From the NCBI RefSeq assembly GCF_037042905.1, contig NC_087251.1, positions 30,816,001 to 30,880,000 of the forward strand: a stretch of 64,000 nt of DNA. The letters run 5' to 3'. Below the pieces are notes generated by a model. It did not search any database. It was not told the DNA's origin and saw only the letters and a program-made list of their open reading frames with translations. Position 1 is the stretch's first letter. Each line of letters opens with the position of its first letter. Source of the DNA: Lytechinus pictus (Eukaryota). Positions 52,901 to 64,000 of this stretch are shown here, piece by piece. A program made the position numbers and the translations under genes.

Positions 52901-55900
52901 CTCACAGTCTTCCCCTCCAATCGGATTCAGATGAACAGTTTCCAAATGACAAAGGAAAGGGTTTGGAAGAGATAGTAGTTTCTTACAGTCCAAGTAACTC
53001 TTACTGTCTGTGCTCAAAGATTGATGAATATAAGGCACTATTCACCCTTAAAACTTGTGTGCCTCTACACAGCCAGTCATCTTCAGATGAACAGCTCCCA
53101 ACTGACAGAGGAAAGGGTTTGGAAGAGATCGAGGTTTTTCACAGTCACAGAAACTCCTGCCGTCCGTACTCTAAGATGGATAAATATAAGGCACTGTTTG
53201 AAATTATGAAACATACTCCTCATGACTTCCAATCTACCCAATCCATAACTTTTCCTTTAAAGGAAGGAAAGGATTTGATAGAACTGAAGGTCTCTCGCAG
53301 TCCCATCAAACCTTGCCAATATTCAAAGGTGGATGGATATAAGGCACTGTTTAACCTTGCAGCTTGTGATCCTCTACCCCTCCAATGGGATTCAGATGAA
53401 CAGTTTCTAAATGACAAAGGAAAGGGTTTGGAAGAGATAGTGGTATCTAACAGTCCAACTAACTCTTACTGTCTGTCATCAAAGATGGATGAATATAAAG
53501 CAATGTTTAAACTTACAGTTTGTGATTCTCTTCACCTCCAACCAACTCCAGTTGCACAGTCCTCAACTGACAAAGGAAAGGGTTTCAAAGTGATTGGGGT
53601 TTTTCGAAGTCACAATGCCTCTTGTTGCCAGTGCTACAAATTAGATGAATACAAAACATTGTTCGACCATACAATTTGTTCTTCAGCCCACATTCAATCA
53701 GCTAAAGATTCTCAATATCTTACAATCAAAGGAAAGGGTTCGGAGGAGATTGAGGTTTCTCAAAGTTCCACCAAATCTTGCAGCCACCTATCTAAGATAG
53801 ATGAATATGAAGCAATGTTTTACCCTGCAACTTGTTCTTCAGTACCGCTCCAATTAGCTGAGGGCTCACAATATCTTAAAGTCAAAGAAAATGCATCAGA
53901 GGAGACTGAAGTTTCAGAGAGTCCCACCAAGTCTTGTCACCATTGTTCCAATATGGAAGAATACAAGGAACTGTTTCATCCTACAACTTGTTCTTCAGCA
54001 GACATGCAATTAGGTAAGGGCTTACAATATCTCACAATCAAAGGAAATGGTTCTGAGGAGATGGAGGTGTTTATAAGTTTCTATCAACTCTTGAATAACC
54101 ACTTTTGCCTCTGTAACCACTCTGGAAATCTAACCAAATGGACGTCTTCTTGTCAGACCGATCTATTCATGCTGCTTGTATTTTCTGTAAGTCATTGTAT
54201 TCCAGATGTGTTCCCATCAGATTTACAGCCTTGCTCAAAACTGGAAAGTACCCATGAACACTTCTCAAAGCAAAATAACCAATCAAAATCTAAAAGCTCG
54301 GAATATGAAATTTACCTTTACAAAGTGATTTTGAAAAAAGAAGATGTCTGTCTTCAAGTAGAGTTTCAGAACCATAGCTGTACTGCTCTTGACCTTTTGA
54401 ATCATGATGATTTACAAACAGAGAAAGGAAATGTACATTTTGAATATGAGATTTACAGACTCCTCATGGAATCTGAGAAATTGTGTTCTGTGAAACAATT
54501 TGATGATTCATGCTCATTGTTGGAAGGATTTGATAGAGTATCTAGAGAGGAAAGTCATGATCTATTGAGACCCGATGGAGGATATTATGATCTGCTCATC
54601 TATAGATCCGTCATGATGCAAGAAGATGTATGTCTTCCAGACAAGTGTTTTGACAAGCGTAGTACAGCTCTTTACTATGTGAAAACTAGTGATTCAAAAA
54701 GTATAAAGGAATTAGATAGGACCGATTATGAACTGTACAGATATTTTATGTCAGCTAAGAAATGGTGCATCGTGGAACAATTCATAGACTCTCAGTCATG
54801 CTCCGTCTTTGAAATTTTTGATGGACAGACTTCAGTGGTAAATTCTAGAGTACTGAAACCTTACGACCTTCTCATCTATAAAGCAATATTGAACCAAGAA
54901 AATGTATGTCTTGCAGTCAAGAATCCACATCAGTACTGCACAATTCTCGATGTCTTTGACATGTGTGATTCTCAGATTCCAGATGGCAGCAAATATGATC
55001 TCTATAGGAACCTGATGGTCGCCAGTCAGTTCTGCTTTATTGAGGAATCTATGACTGACATGTGTCCCTTAATTCAATATCTTGACATTAAATCTATTCC
55101 AGAAGTAGACATGATTTCGATCAAACCCACAACTCATGATGATATTGGTGGAATACTTTATTATCAATTAATGACAAACATTGATTGGTGCATCAAGGAT
55201 GAGAACTTTTTTACTGAAAGATACTGTCTGCCTGAAGATCATTTCTCAAATACTTCTGGAATGCAAGAAAGGGAGGCATTGATATTTAACAAGAGAGCAT
55301 CTGGATCACTGTTATTTCAGTTGTTGATGACTTGTAACGGGATGAGCTTCCAAGAAGACCATTCTACAGCAGGCTGTACTTGTGATATCGTCAGTTATTT
55401 CTGCTCAGGCAGCAAAGACGATGAGAAAAAAGATGTTCGGGAAACAGGCTTTCAACGGAGGCCATCTAATCTTGCACTGTACTTTAGCCTATTAACAGGA
55501 TCAAGATTTTGTCTCGCCGATGATGAAAAGCTGCATACATCTTCAAAGATAAGTCTAATCTTTGATCACTTCATTCAAGATAACAAAGAACCGAATCAGC
55601 CTGAATCTTGTGAGGATGGAACATACCATGGCATTCTGGACTTGTATAAAGATCTGATGATGGGCCAACAAATGTGCTTTGTAAATATAGATGAACATTC
55701 ATGTGTGGCAATACATCAGTTTGTAGGCAATGTAACAGAGACTGCTGCAAGTGGTGCATTCAAATCTTCCAGTGATCCTAAACAGTATGTTACATTCTGT
55801 GCTCTTGCACAAGGGTTCCCAATTTCATTCCCAAATGATAAACAATCGTTTTCGTACTGCACTTGGTTCGATTTCAACCTTTCATCCAATCTGGCTTCTG

Positions 55901-56359
55901 CATTGTCAGGAAAAAGTGCAACTCAAAATGACACAACTCTTGTCATCAGCAATTATGAAGAAATGATTATGTCTCCTTGGAAGTGCATGGTGTATGTTGA
56001 CAAAATGGCTAACTGCATGTGTCATGATGCCCATCCTCATGATAAATATCTTGAAAAAAAATCACAACTCAATGAGAAATCCTACAGTGCTTCTAAACCA
56101 AAGAGAAATAAAAAAAAGAGACAGCGACAGAGAAGTGACATTAAGTTTGAAAATAATTTGGTCAAATTGAAGTCCATGATTGACTCCTTCAGCCAGTGCA
56201 GACTGCTTCATGAATCTGACTACAGAAGTGTCTGCTTTTTCTTTAGTCATCGTGTGTCCCAAATCATGGAAAACTCTGTAGTGTATACTAGCCCTCTTAT
56301 TGACACCACTCGCAAGAGGAGGTCAGTTTATTCTCTTCAAGTTGATTATGTTTCAAGTG
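49943..56359 (+). CDS. MIA3: Giant Cys-rich repeat-coding exon (about 2139 aa), probably a cassette exon of TANGO1/MIA3
   Basis: Lies within the uninterrupted 2200-codon ORF. Tandem acceptor cAAG-TAG (49937-49942, both phase 1) and donor GTG|GTAAGT (phase 1). The length of 6417 nt is a multiple of 3, and the exon sits on the same strand between two phase-1 TANGO1 junctions. Coding status is near certain; inclusion in TANGO1 mRNA is inferred. Confidence 0.72.
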
Positions 56360-59132
56360 GTAAGTCACCAAACTTTCATTGCACCACTACATGTATGCTA
56401 GTAGAAAGGTTATTGTTTATTTAATAGATTAGGTATACATGTAGATATGATCACAAATATCCTTACGAGTGATTAAAGTTCTTGTAAATCTCTCACAAAT
56501 ATGTATGGATTCTGGAGTTTCAGGAATTTCATTAAGTCCTATGAAGTTTATATTGTCAATATTCATTTTAAAGAGTATCAGAAGAAAGTTAAGTCCATGT
56601 GTTCTGAGTTATTTTGCCATAGGTTCAAGATGATCATATAAATGTGCAGGTTATTACTCAATGAAATCTGAAGAATTTTGTCCCACTTTGACCTCTAAAT
56701 GGTAGTAGTGTATTCCCATAGTCTGAAAATTCTGTGTCAACAATTCCTTTTGTGAGGAATCTTTGGAGCATTTTGGCCTGGACAGAATAGGGGTTTTGTA
56801 AAATTTTTTAATTGTAATCTTTCATCTTACAACAACATTTATGTCTTTCAAGGTCGTTGAGGCATTGTCATTGTAAATCCTTATTCCAAAGTCATTTTTG
56901 GGGGACTCCAAGAACTTGAGGCATACTTATCATCATTGTAGGAATTTGGTGACCCATTTAGAATTTCTTCTGACCTTAGATATTTCTTAAAGCTTGAATA
57001 GTCTTACGATGTTCAAAAGACGTTAGTACACTGCCTTGTGATATTGTAAAGCCCATTTCACACTTGGTGGAGCAACTACGTACAACCGTTGTGATTGTGT
57101 GCAACATATATTGTGACCAAACGGTCGCAAGAGCGATTGTGAGAGCCCTTTACGGCATTCTTAAAATCTTGAAGTGCAATTTGAATTGACTGCAACTAAT
57201 GCAGATCTTTGATCTCAAGATTCGATCTCCCTAATAAAACTTCTTTAAAAAGCCAATCCAAAATTTTTATAACACATTGTTCACTCAGTATTTACAGCCA
57301 TTCGTAAGGGTATTTGTGATTGAGGAAAATGACATCCCAGACGTACATGTAGGATACCTTCATTTTCTCCTCTTCTTCCCACCCCTTTATTTTAGACAGA
57401 TCTAGTTGAATAGTTAAACATCTAGTTGAATAGAACACTTACATATCAAAGGTATCTTAATATATGCTCTGTTACAAAATGTAATTTACACTGATACATT
57501 GTGAACTATACATTAATAATAAAAAGTGAAAAGCAATATTACATTGGAAAAAAAAAATATCCATGCTCATATCAGACAGGAAGTCATAGTTAGAAACGTG
57601 AAGGAAGGAACTGCATGTAAATAAAAAACGTATCCATTTGCATCATATTACTACTACAGTATAATGTGGAAGTCTGCAATTAGTTAAATCCTCTTATCAG
57701 TTCATACATGTAGACTCGTTTTAAGACAACAAAAAAACTATTTCAGAGTGCTACTATTCATCAAAACTAGATCAGATCTATCCAGTAGTGATTGACCATC
57801 ACAAAGCAGCAGAAACGTTAATTAACTTTGATTAGTGATTTTGTAACTCTGCATCCATTTACATACAGATATTAATCACACATATTCTGCATATTTTAAC
57901 TATATTTCAAGCAAAAAAATTCAATTGGTATCTGATTTTCATTTTCATTTTTAAAGAACATTGATAAATGATGTGTGTTATAAAGAATCAATTAAAACTC
58001 TTTCTTGATCATTTTTAATTTGAAATTGAAGATATTAAATCTAGCATTCAGCTAATAAGCATAACACTAATGGTCAGCTTTGCAATGAATAAAGGTCATT
58101 GCTTAGCCCATAATCTATTTATCCAATGGGTCATCATATATGTGGGACTAACCAAGGTTTAATGAGGGTAATTCAATGTACATATTCTCATGGAAGGAGG
58201 AATGTCAAGTGGATCGATCTTTCATTGCAAAAGCCTGTTAATAACTTTCTGGCCACATGATAGCCAAGGAAAATATGTACAATGTAATCTGAGCCCTCGT
58301 GCTTGCATTACACGTCTTTAACAAGTAGATTATTAAGGTTGAAACGATCATTTGAACTTTAATGAATCTTTCAATAAAGAATTTAATCCTAGTTTCTCTA
58401 TGAATATGAAATTCAGATACCTTAAAAAAATGATTCGGAAAGTAGAAAACCCAGTCACATTTACTTTAGGTTTTATTGATTTACAGTGATATTCAACTTC
58501 ATACTGTCTTAAAAATCTTAAAAATACACTTTAATCACTATGACTTACTTAAATACATGGCATGATACAATGTGAACCTGCTACAAATGTAGATAACAGA
58601 TCTCCCTTTTCATCATTGATATACAGTAGACTAAACTTCTAAAAATTTGTTACAAAAGCATGCCTTAATTGCTCATGTGTATGTGATTGAAAGGGCGATA
58701 TGCATGGCTGTTATGTCTATATGTTCCTTATTGATGTACTTACGTATGCAAATAGCATGGTCTTAATTTAATGTTCTTGTTTAATGTATAAGAGTATGGG
58801 CAACATGAGGCAAAGTAATTGATTCCTATCAGCTTAGTGTGTGCATGAGTGATACATATATTCAAGCTGGTGATATTTCTAACAAAAATTTAAAAACGTT
58901 TCTTCAAAAAGGGTACCTCTCAAAATACCCCTCAGAGGCATGTGGATACTAAATTGAATGTTTGATGGTTGCTATATTTGTATGTTGCAGCTGCATCTGT
59001 ATTTAGACTTGATTGCTGGCATGACACATACTGAGAGAATGCAGTCTTCAACAAAGAATGAAACTGGGGATAAGGACTTTAACAAGGGGAATAATAATAT
59101 GACAGAACATAATTATAGAATAGAGGTAACCG

Positions 59133-59350
59133 GGGGCCTGTTACACAAAGCTTAGCAATGATCGTAGAGCATTTTTCTATGATTGATTCCATTGAGTACA
59201 ATGTACAATCAATCATGAAAATCAAGCATACGATCAATCGCTAACCTTTGTGTTACGGGACCCAGGACCCCCATATCACAAAGCTTAGCAATTGATCGCA
59301 TCGATTATTGTGTATGATCAATCATAAAAATCAGCACAATCAAATCAATC
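59133..59350. mobile_element. Palindromic Harbinger-like MITE (59133-59262) followed by a partial second copy
   Basis: GGGGCCTGTTACACAAAGCTTAGCAATGATCGTA ... TACGATCAATCGCTAACCTTTGTGTTACGGGACC. CACAAAGCTTAGCAAT is repeated at about 59277. Confidence 0.75.
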
Positions 59351-60163
59351 ATGTTTATGTTTTGAGGGTCCAGTTTTGAAAATTGGTAATGAATAATGAA
59401 ATTACAAAGTTAAGAATGGTTGGAAGAGTCCTCGTTTACTGTTAATGGCAAGTCTTAAATTTATTGTCAGTCACAGGGTTCGACTTCATACATGTAGGTT
59501 GCCCGTGGGCATTTGGCTCCCCAAATCCTTGTCAAGTTGTGACATGCTCCTTAAAAATGTTTGAATAAGCTCATCTGACCCCTTAAGTTTTTCTTGCAAA
59601 TTATATGATAAAGTTGAATACACATTGTGAAATATAGTTTAATTTCAAGCAATATGTGTGTGAAGTGTGTGTAAAACATATTGAAACATTTTTCTTATGC
59701 AAAAATTTGCTATTTTTTTAAACAACATATCTAGTCCAAGGCATGCCATAGACAGTATATTGAGACCTCAAAGATTCATAGCTCTTATTTTGTAACCAAT
59801 TAATATTGAACTTGCAATTAATTTTATGTATTCTCTTCTCTTATCTAATTGATAGTGAATTTTCCCCAGGGTGTCGCTCTCCTTTATCTTAATAGCATGG
59901 AATATAGATACTTGTATGCTGTAATGTGATAGAGTGCAGGAAATATATAATCCAAGCATGTGTGTAGCACAATGTATATTATAATAAAATGCCAGGCTTA
60001 GAATGAGCTCATTTGACTTTTAGAATTGCTTTAATATTTAGGGAATGATATATGAATATTAATGAAATTGGAAGTGCATGAAAAAAGATGTATTTTACTC
60101 TCCTACATGTACTGCGACTTCGCCTGGGACTGCTGCTATTTATACTTTCTTTAAGTATTCTAA

Positions 60164-60164
<1 letters not shown>

Positions 60165-60245
<81 letters not shown>

Positions 60246-60300
60246 TTACTACTACTACTTCTACTTCTACTACTTCTACTACTTATACTGCTTCTACTAC
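60165..60300. repeat. (CTA)n microsatellite
   Basis: Long perfect CTA run that decays at its 3' end. Confidence 0.98.
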
Positions 60301-60653
60301 TTATTAATCTAATATCTATCTACCAGGTCTTCATCTACTGCAAGAAATAATATTACAGCTTATAAGTGATCTGAAAATAAATTATTTTTAAATTATTTAA
60401 TAGTAAAGAAATATGATAATTTTTCAATTACATGTTATTCAAACATATAAGTATATTTTCACTATGTCGTCTTTGTCATGCATGCAATCATTAATCCATT
60501 CCAACATACAAATCATTCATATATATGTACATGTACATTGTTATTTAACCACATTCATTGTACTTGTAAAATTGTATTTGTCTCCAGAAAAGTAAGTTGG
60601 ATCATATTTTATCAATATTTATCAAAATTATAACATACTTAAGTGTACATGTA

Positions 60654-61261
60654 CAGTTGAGGCCGAAAGTTTACATACACCCATGGAATTTAGTGAAATT
60701 TGTTTGTTTGCCAAACATCGTAAAATTTACTATATCTTCAGAAATATAAATACTACTATGATGAATTTGATGTCAAATGAAAGAGTATATAAAGCTCTTT
60801 TAGGTGGAATTTTTTTGAGAAAAAAAATATATATTTGTGCCAAATGTATTCTTTTGTTTGTTATTATATTTTCAAACATTGTTTCATAGAACTATATAAA
60901 TGTTAAATTTATGGTTTATATTCCTTTTCTATCATGATATGTCACCACTGAATAAAAAGTTTCATCTGAAATGTTTGTGTTGAGAAGTAACTAGCACAAA
61001 TATTAAATTTTTTGGTCAAGTTTTTATTTTTGATTTGACTAAAATATGAAAAAAAAATTGGGGAAAAATGATACTTAAATATTTTTCAGCTCCTGATGAC
61101 AAAGCAATGTGATGAAGGGGCATGACATACTCATCTGTTTGATATCAAATTTGTCATGATAGCACAAATATTTTATAAGATACAGTGAATTCTATGTTGC
61201 TTCGCAAGTGTCAACTTTTCTTTGAATTACCTGGGTGTATGTAAACTTCTGGCCTCAACTG
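60654..61261. mobile_element. Tc1-like non-autonomous element (608 bp)
   Basis: TA|CAGTTGAGGCCGAAAGTTTACATACACCCA ... TGGGTGTATGTAAACTTCTGGCCTCAACTG|TA: 30-bp TIR and TA TSD. Confidence 0.93.
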
Positions 61262-61666
61262 TATTGTTACACTATGCTTGATCTGTATTATTAATCAAAT
61301 TGTACAAATGATATGGTTTTAATTTATTACTAAATTATATTTCCTAATTTTCCATTATTTATTTCCATAGTTATTTATGGGATTGACATGTCTTACAAAT
61401 TGAATAACTGCCTCTTGTAGAAAGTATTTATGAAGTCAGGAGAATCAAAATTGTATTATTGATTTGCTTAATAGGAAAAGTTTTATACATTGTAATTAAG
61501 AATGAAATATTAAATTCAACTATGATCAATTCTTTTCATGGATATATTTAGAGTTTGATACATAATAGAATAATGATCAGTGTAGTAAAGTTTAAATGAA
61601 TTTTTATTGTGATTTTTTATAGAAATTAGAACATTTTGTTGTATTTTGTTTTCTTTTCTTAATCAG

Positions 61667-63009
61667 ATGAAGGAAAAGAACCAGAGGGTACAGGAAACTC
61701 AGAGGAACATGTAGATGACGATGACACACAGAAAGAAAATGAAGAAGAAATAGAAGAAAAAACACAGGACTCCGAAACAAGCCAAAAGAATGAAGAGGAA
61801 GATGTGATTGGGGAAGCTGTGGAAACGGATGAAGTGGAGGATAGTGAAAGGAAGCATGATATTGAGGAAGACATTGTGAAGCAAAATGATGAGATTCAGC
61901 CAGATTCTATTCAGCCAAGCCCGTCATTTGAAGTAATAGATGGCACCACTATCTATTTGAATGATTTAGAACCTACACCTTTGCCTGGAGAACCTGCTAG
62001 CGAGAAATACAATACATTTAACATCCATTCTAGCGACATTGTAGATGTGCCCAAAAAAGAAGATAGTGATGAAAGCGATGTTGGTCCTCCATCTAGTTTT
62101 TCTTTCAAAAGTGAGGATGAGATTGATCCTGAAGCTTACAGGAACATCCTGAACAAACTCCATGCCAACCCTGAACTCCGGGACAAAGAAGGTGCCATTC
62201 AGCAGGAGATGCTGAAGATCCTCCGTGACCCTGAACTGAAGAAGAACTTACTTATCAAGGCCCATGAACCTAAAAGGGACATCTTGTCACCTTTCAGATC
62301 GCAACATCCAGCACCTGGGGATGCTGTGCACATGGATCAGGCACAGGGTCACGTGGACGATAATGTTGATCTACAGAAACTGGATGCCATGCAAGATGAA
62401 TCTGTGCCACTTGACGATTCAGATACAGCTATACCCCCATTAGCTACGGGACCTAATGTTGTAAAAGGAAGACCAAGTAGCCCTCTTGATAAAGATGAGG
62501 AAGATATCAATTTTGTAGATCCATTAGCTCTCTTACAGGAAGACACAGAAGAACCTCCTCTGTCCATTAATGAAAAGATTGATATCGCAGAAGAGATCCT
62601 GAAAACCAAGGACTTCTCAAGTGAAAACCTTCAACCACCGGTGCCGCCTGACGATCCCTATGACCCTGTCAAGCTTGCAGCCAAATTGAACACGGTCAAA
62701 GGCTCAAATCCTGCTGTCTTTGGGGATCCGGCCCAAGAGGTTTTTAACGATGATCCAGCTCTGTCGGCTCTCGAGGACCAGAACGATCCAGTGGAGCAGG
62801 AGAGCCAAGAACCGTCATTGAATCATTCCCATGTCACAATGCCCTCAGACACAGAACAGGTAGAAGATAAAGTAGAAACCATTGATGATGAAGAAGTTCC
62901 TTCTCCACACTTAGATTCCCATCTACCACCTGGCGTGGATACCAGACCGAATGTTGAGGAACTGGCTGACAGCAGCTATGGGGAGCCTGGATTACGCACC
63001 AGCACACGG
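61667..63009 (+). CDS. MIA3: TANGO1/MIA3 next lumenal exon (DEGKEPEGTGNSEE...GLRTSTR), acidic and Pro-rich
   Basis: Strong acceptor ttttgttttcttttcttaatcAG in phase 1. The frame is open for 1343 nt and includes the 432-aa ORF. Donor CGG|GTGAGT, phase 0. Confidence 0.85.
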
Positions 63010-63103
63010 GTGAGTTTATTGAAATATCTCAGATGGGATTGGCCTATACCTGTTTCAAAGATCACGCCTCTTCATAATTACATGGGAACAGAGGTTTTTT
63101 AGC

Positions 63104-63314
63104 TGGGCAATTTCATGAAATAATCAACTGTTATGTATGACCAACCCTCATTTTAGTCTATTCTTACTTCACTTTGCAAATGCTCAAGCCAGGATAATTT
63201 TAGAGTATTATTACAAATGTTCATGTGAATTTAGAAAACAGAGCCAGTCCAAATTATAAAGGTTCTGCATATAGTGGGTTGGACATATGTACATATACAT
63301 TATGGAATTGCCCA
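63104..63314. mobile_element. Small Harbinger-like MITE
   Basis: Inverted termini TGGGCAATTTCAT ... ATGGAATTGCCCA. Confidence 0.6.
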
Positions 63315-64000
63315 ACATAGTTTTTTTTTATTCATGTGTAATATGTATGTTCACTTTATGCTTTAAAATCATATATGTTACCCAGCAGCTATTCTCAGGT
63401 TTACTCTGGTTACTTTCCATAATATGTTCTTAATATTTAGATCCAGTTGATGTTTTCATTCTGCTATATTGGTGTATATATTTGGGAGCAGGGTTTCTCA
63501 GTAGCTGTCTCATTTTTCATATGTATTCATTTTATGATTTTAAATAATACTCAATGCATTATGTTACAAATTTTTACAAATTTCACGCAAATTGTCTTTT
63601 ATCATTCTTAAAATCTACAACTGTAATTTTTCTTCCAACTTTTCAACATGCTAGAATCAATTAACACTTCATATAACCCATATCGCTGAATTTTCACTTT
63701 TTATAGATATGTAAGTGTAATTTGGACACTACTTAAGTAAAATTAGAAAGGAAAATAAAAAACATGTTTCAATTTTTAACATATGTTCATGAATATCCTC
63801 TAGACTGCATAGCAAACTAGAGATAAATTAATATTCTTTAATTTGATCACCATAAGAAAAATAAATCATTCATGCATAAATAGATATGGGTTTATGGTTT
63901 ACCCTTTCATTCCTCCTGTGATTCATGGAAAGGGTTCAAATGTTCCTCTGTAATTCATTATTATTCCATCTTCCCATGAAATTGACAATCTGGGGCACTT

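Noticed and set aside
58991..59126. Possible extra TANGO1 exon (DLIAGMTHTERMQSSTKNETGDKDFNKG...)
   Set aside because: The acceptor at 58990 hits a stop in the needed phase. The acceptor at 59006 reads open, but its only donor (GAG|GTAACC) is weak and phase 0, incompatible with the phase-1 exon at 61667, and it abuts a MITE.
60078..60350. Poly-Leu and poly-Tyr ORFs
   Set aside because: They are translations of the (CTA)n microsatellite.

Overview
This is AT-rich, intron-rich animal genomic DNA, not prokaryotic. The repeat landscape suggests a marine invertebrate, plausibly a sea urchin; that assignment is an inference. Two genes lie head-to-head around a CpG-rich stretch at about 30.3-36.6 kb. 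(1) Minus strand: the 5' part of a Pellino E3 ubiquitin ligase gene. Its coding exons are 30347-30223, 9949-9821 and 1700-1571, with a probable 42-nt exon at 283-242 and a candidate alternative first exon at 10165-10155. The gene runs off the left edge. (2) Plus strand: the 5' part of a TANGO1/MIA3 gene. The signal peptide and MIA-type SH3-like (MOTH) domain are in exons 36526-36640, 43746-43876 and 44916-45014. Acidic lumenal exons follow at 46541-47021/48776 and 61667-63009. The gene runs off the right edge before the transmembrane and coiled-coil region. The most striking feature is a 6417-nt, frame-symmetric (phase 1-1) candidate exon inside TANGO1 at 49943-56359. It encodes about 2139 aa with roughly 87 Cys in two tandem repeat families I do not recognise, whereas the flanking lumenal exons have no Cys. 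The introns hold many non-autonomous DNA transposons with readable TIRs/TSDs, including a nested pair, a Sleeping-Beauty-like Tc1 MITE and a long foldback element. They also hold LINE 3' ends, microsatellites and a strong excess of TA-NNNN-TA palindromes resembling Tc1/mariner excision footprints. All exon structures were derived by hand from splice motifs and reading phase, with no transcript evidence.
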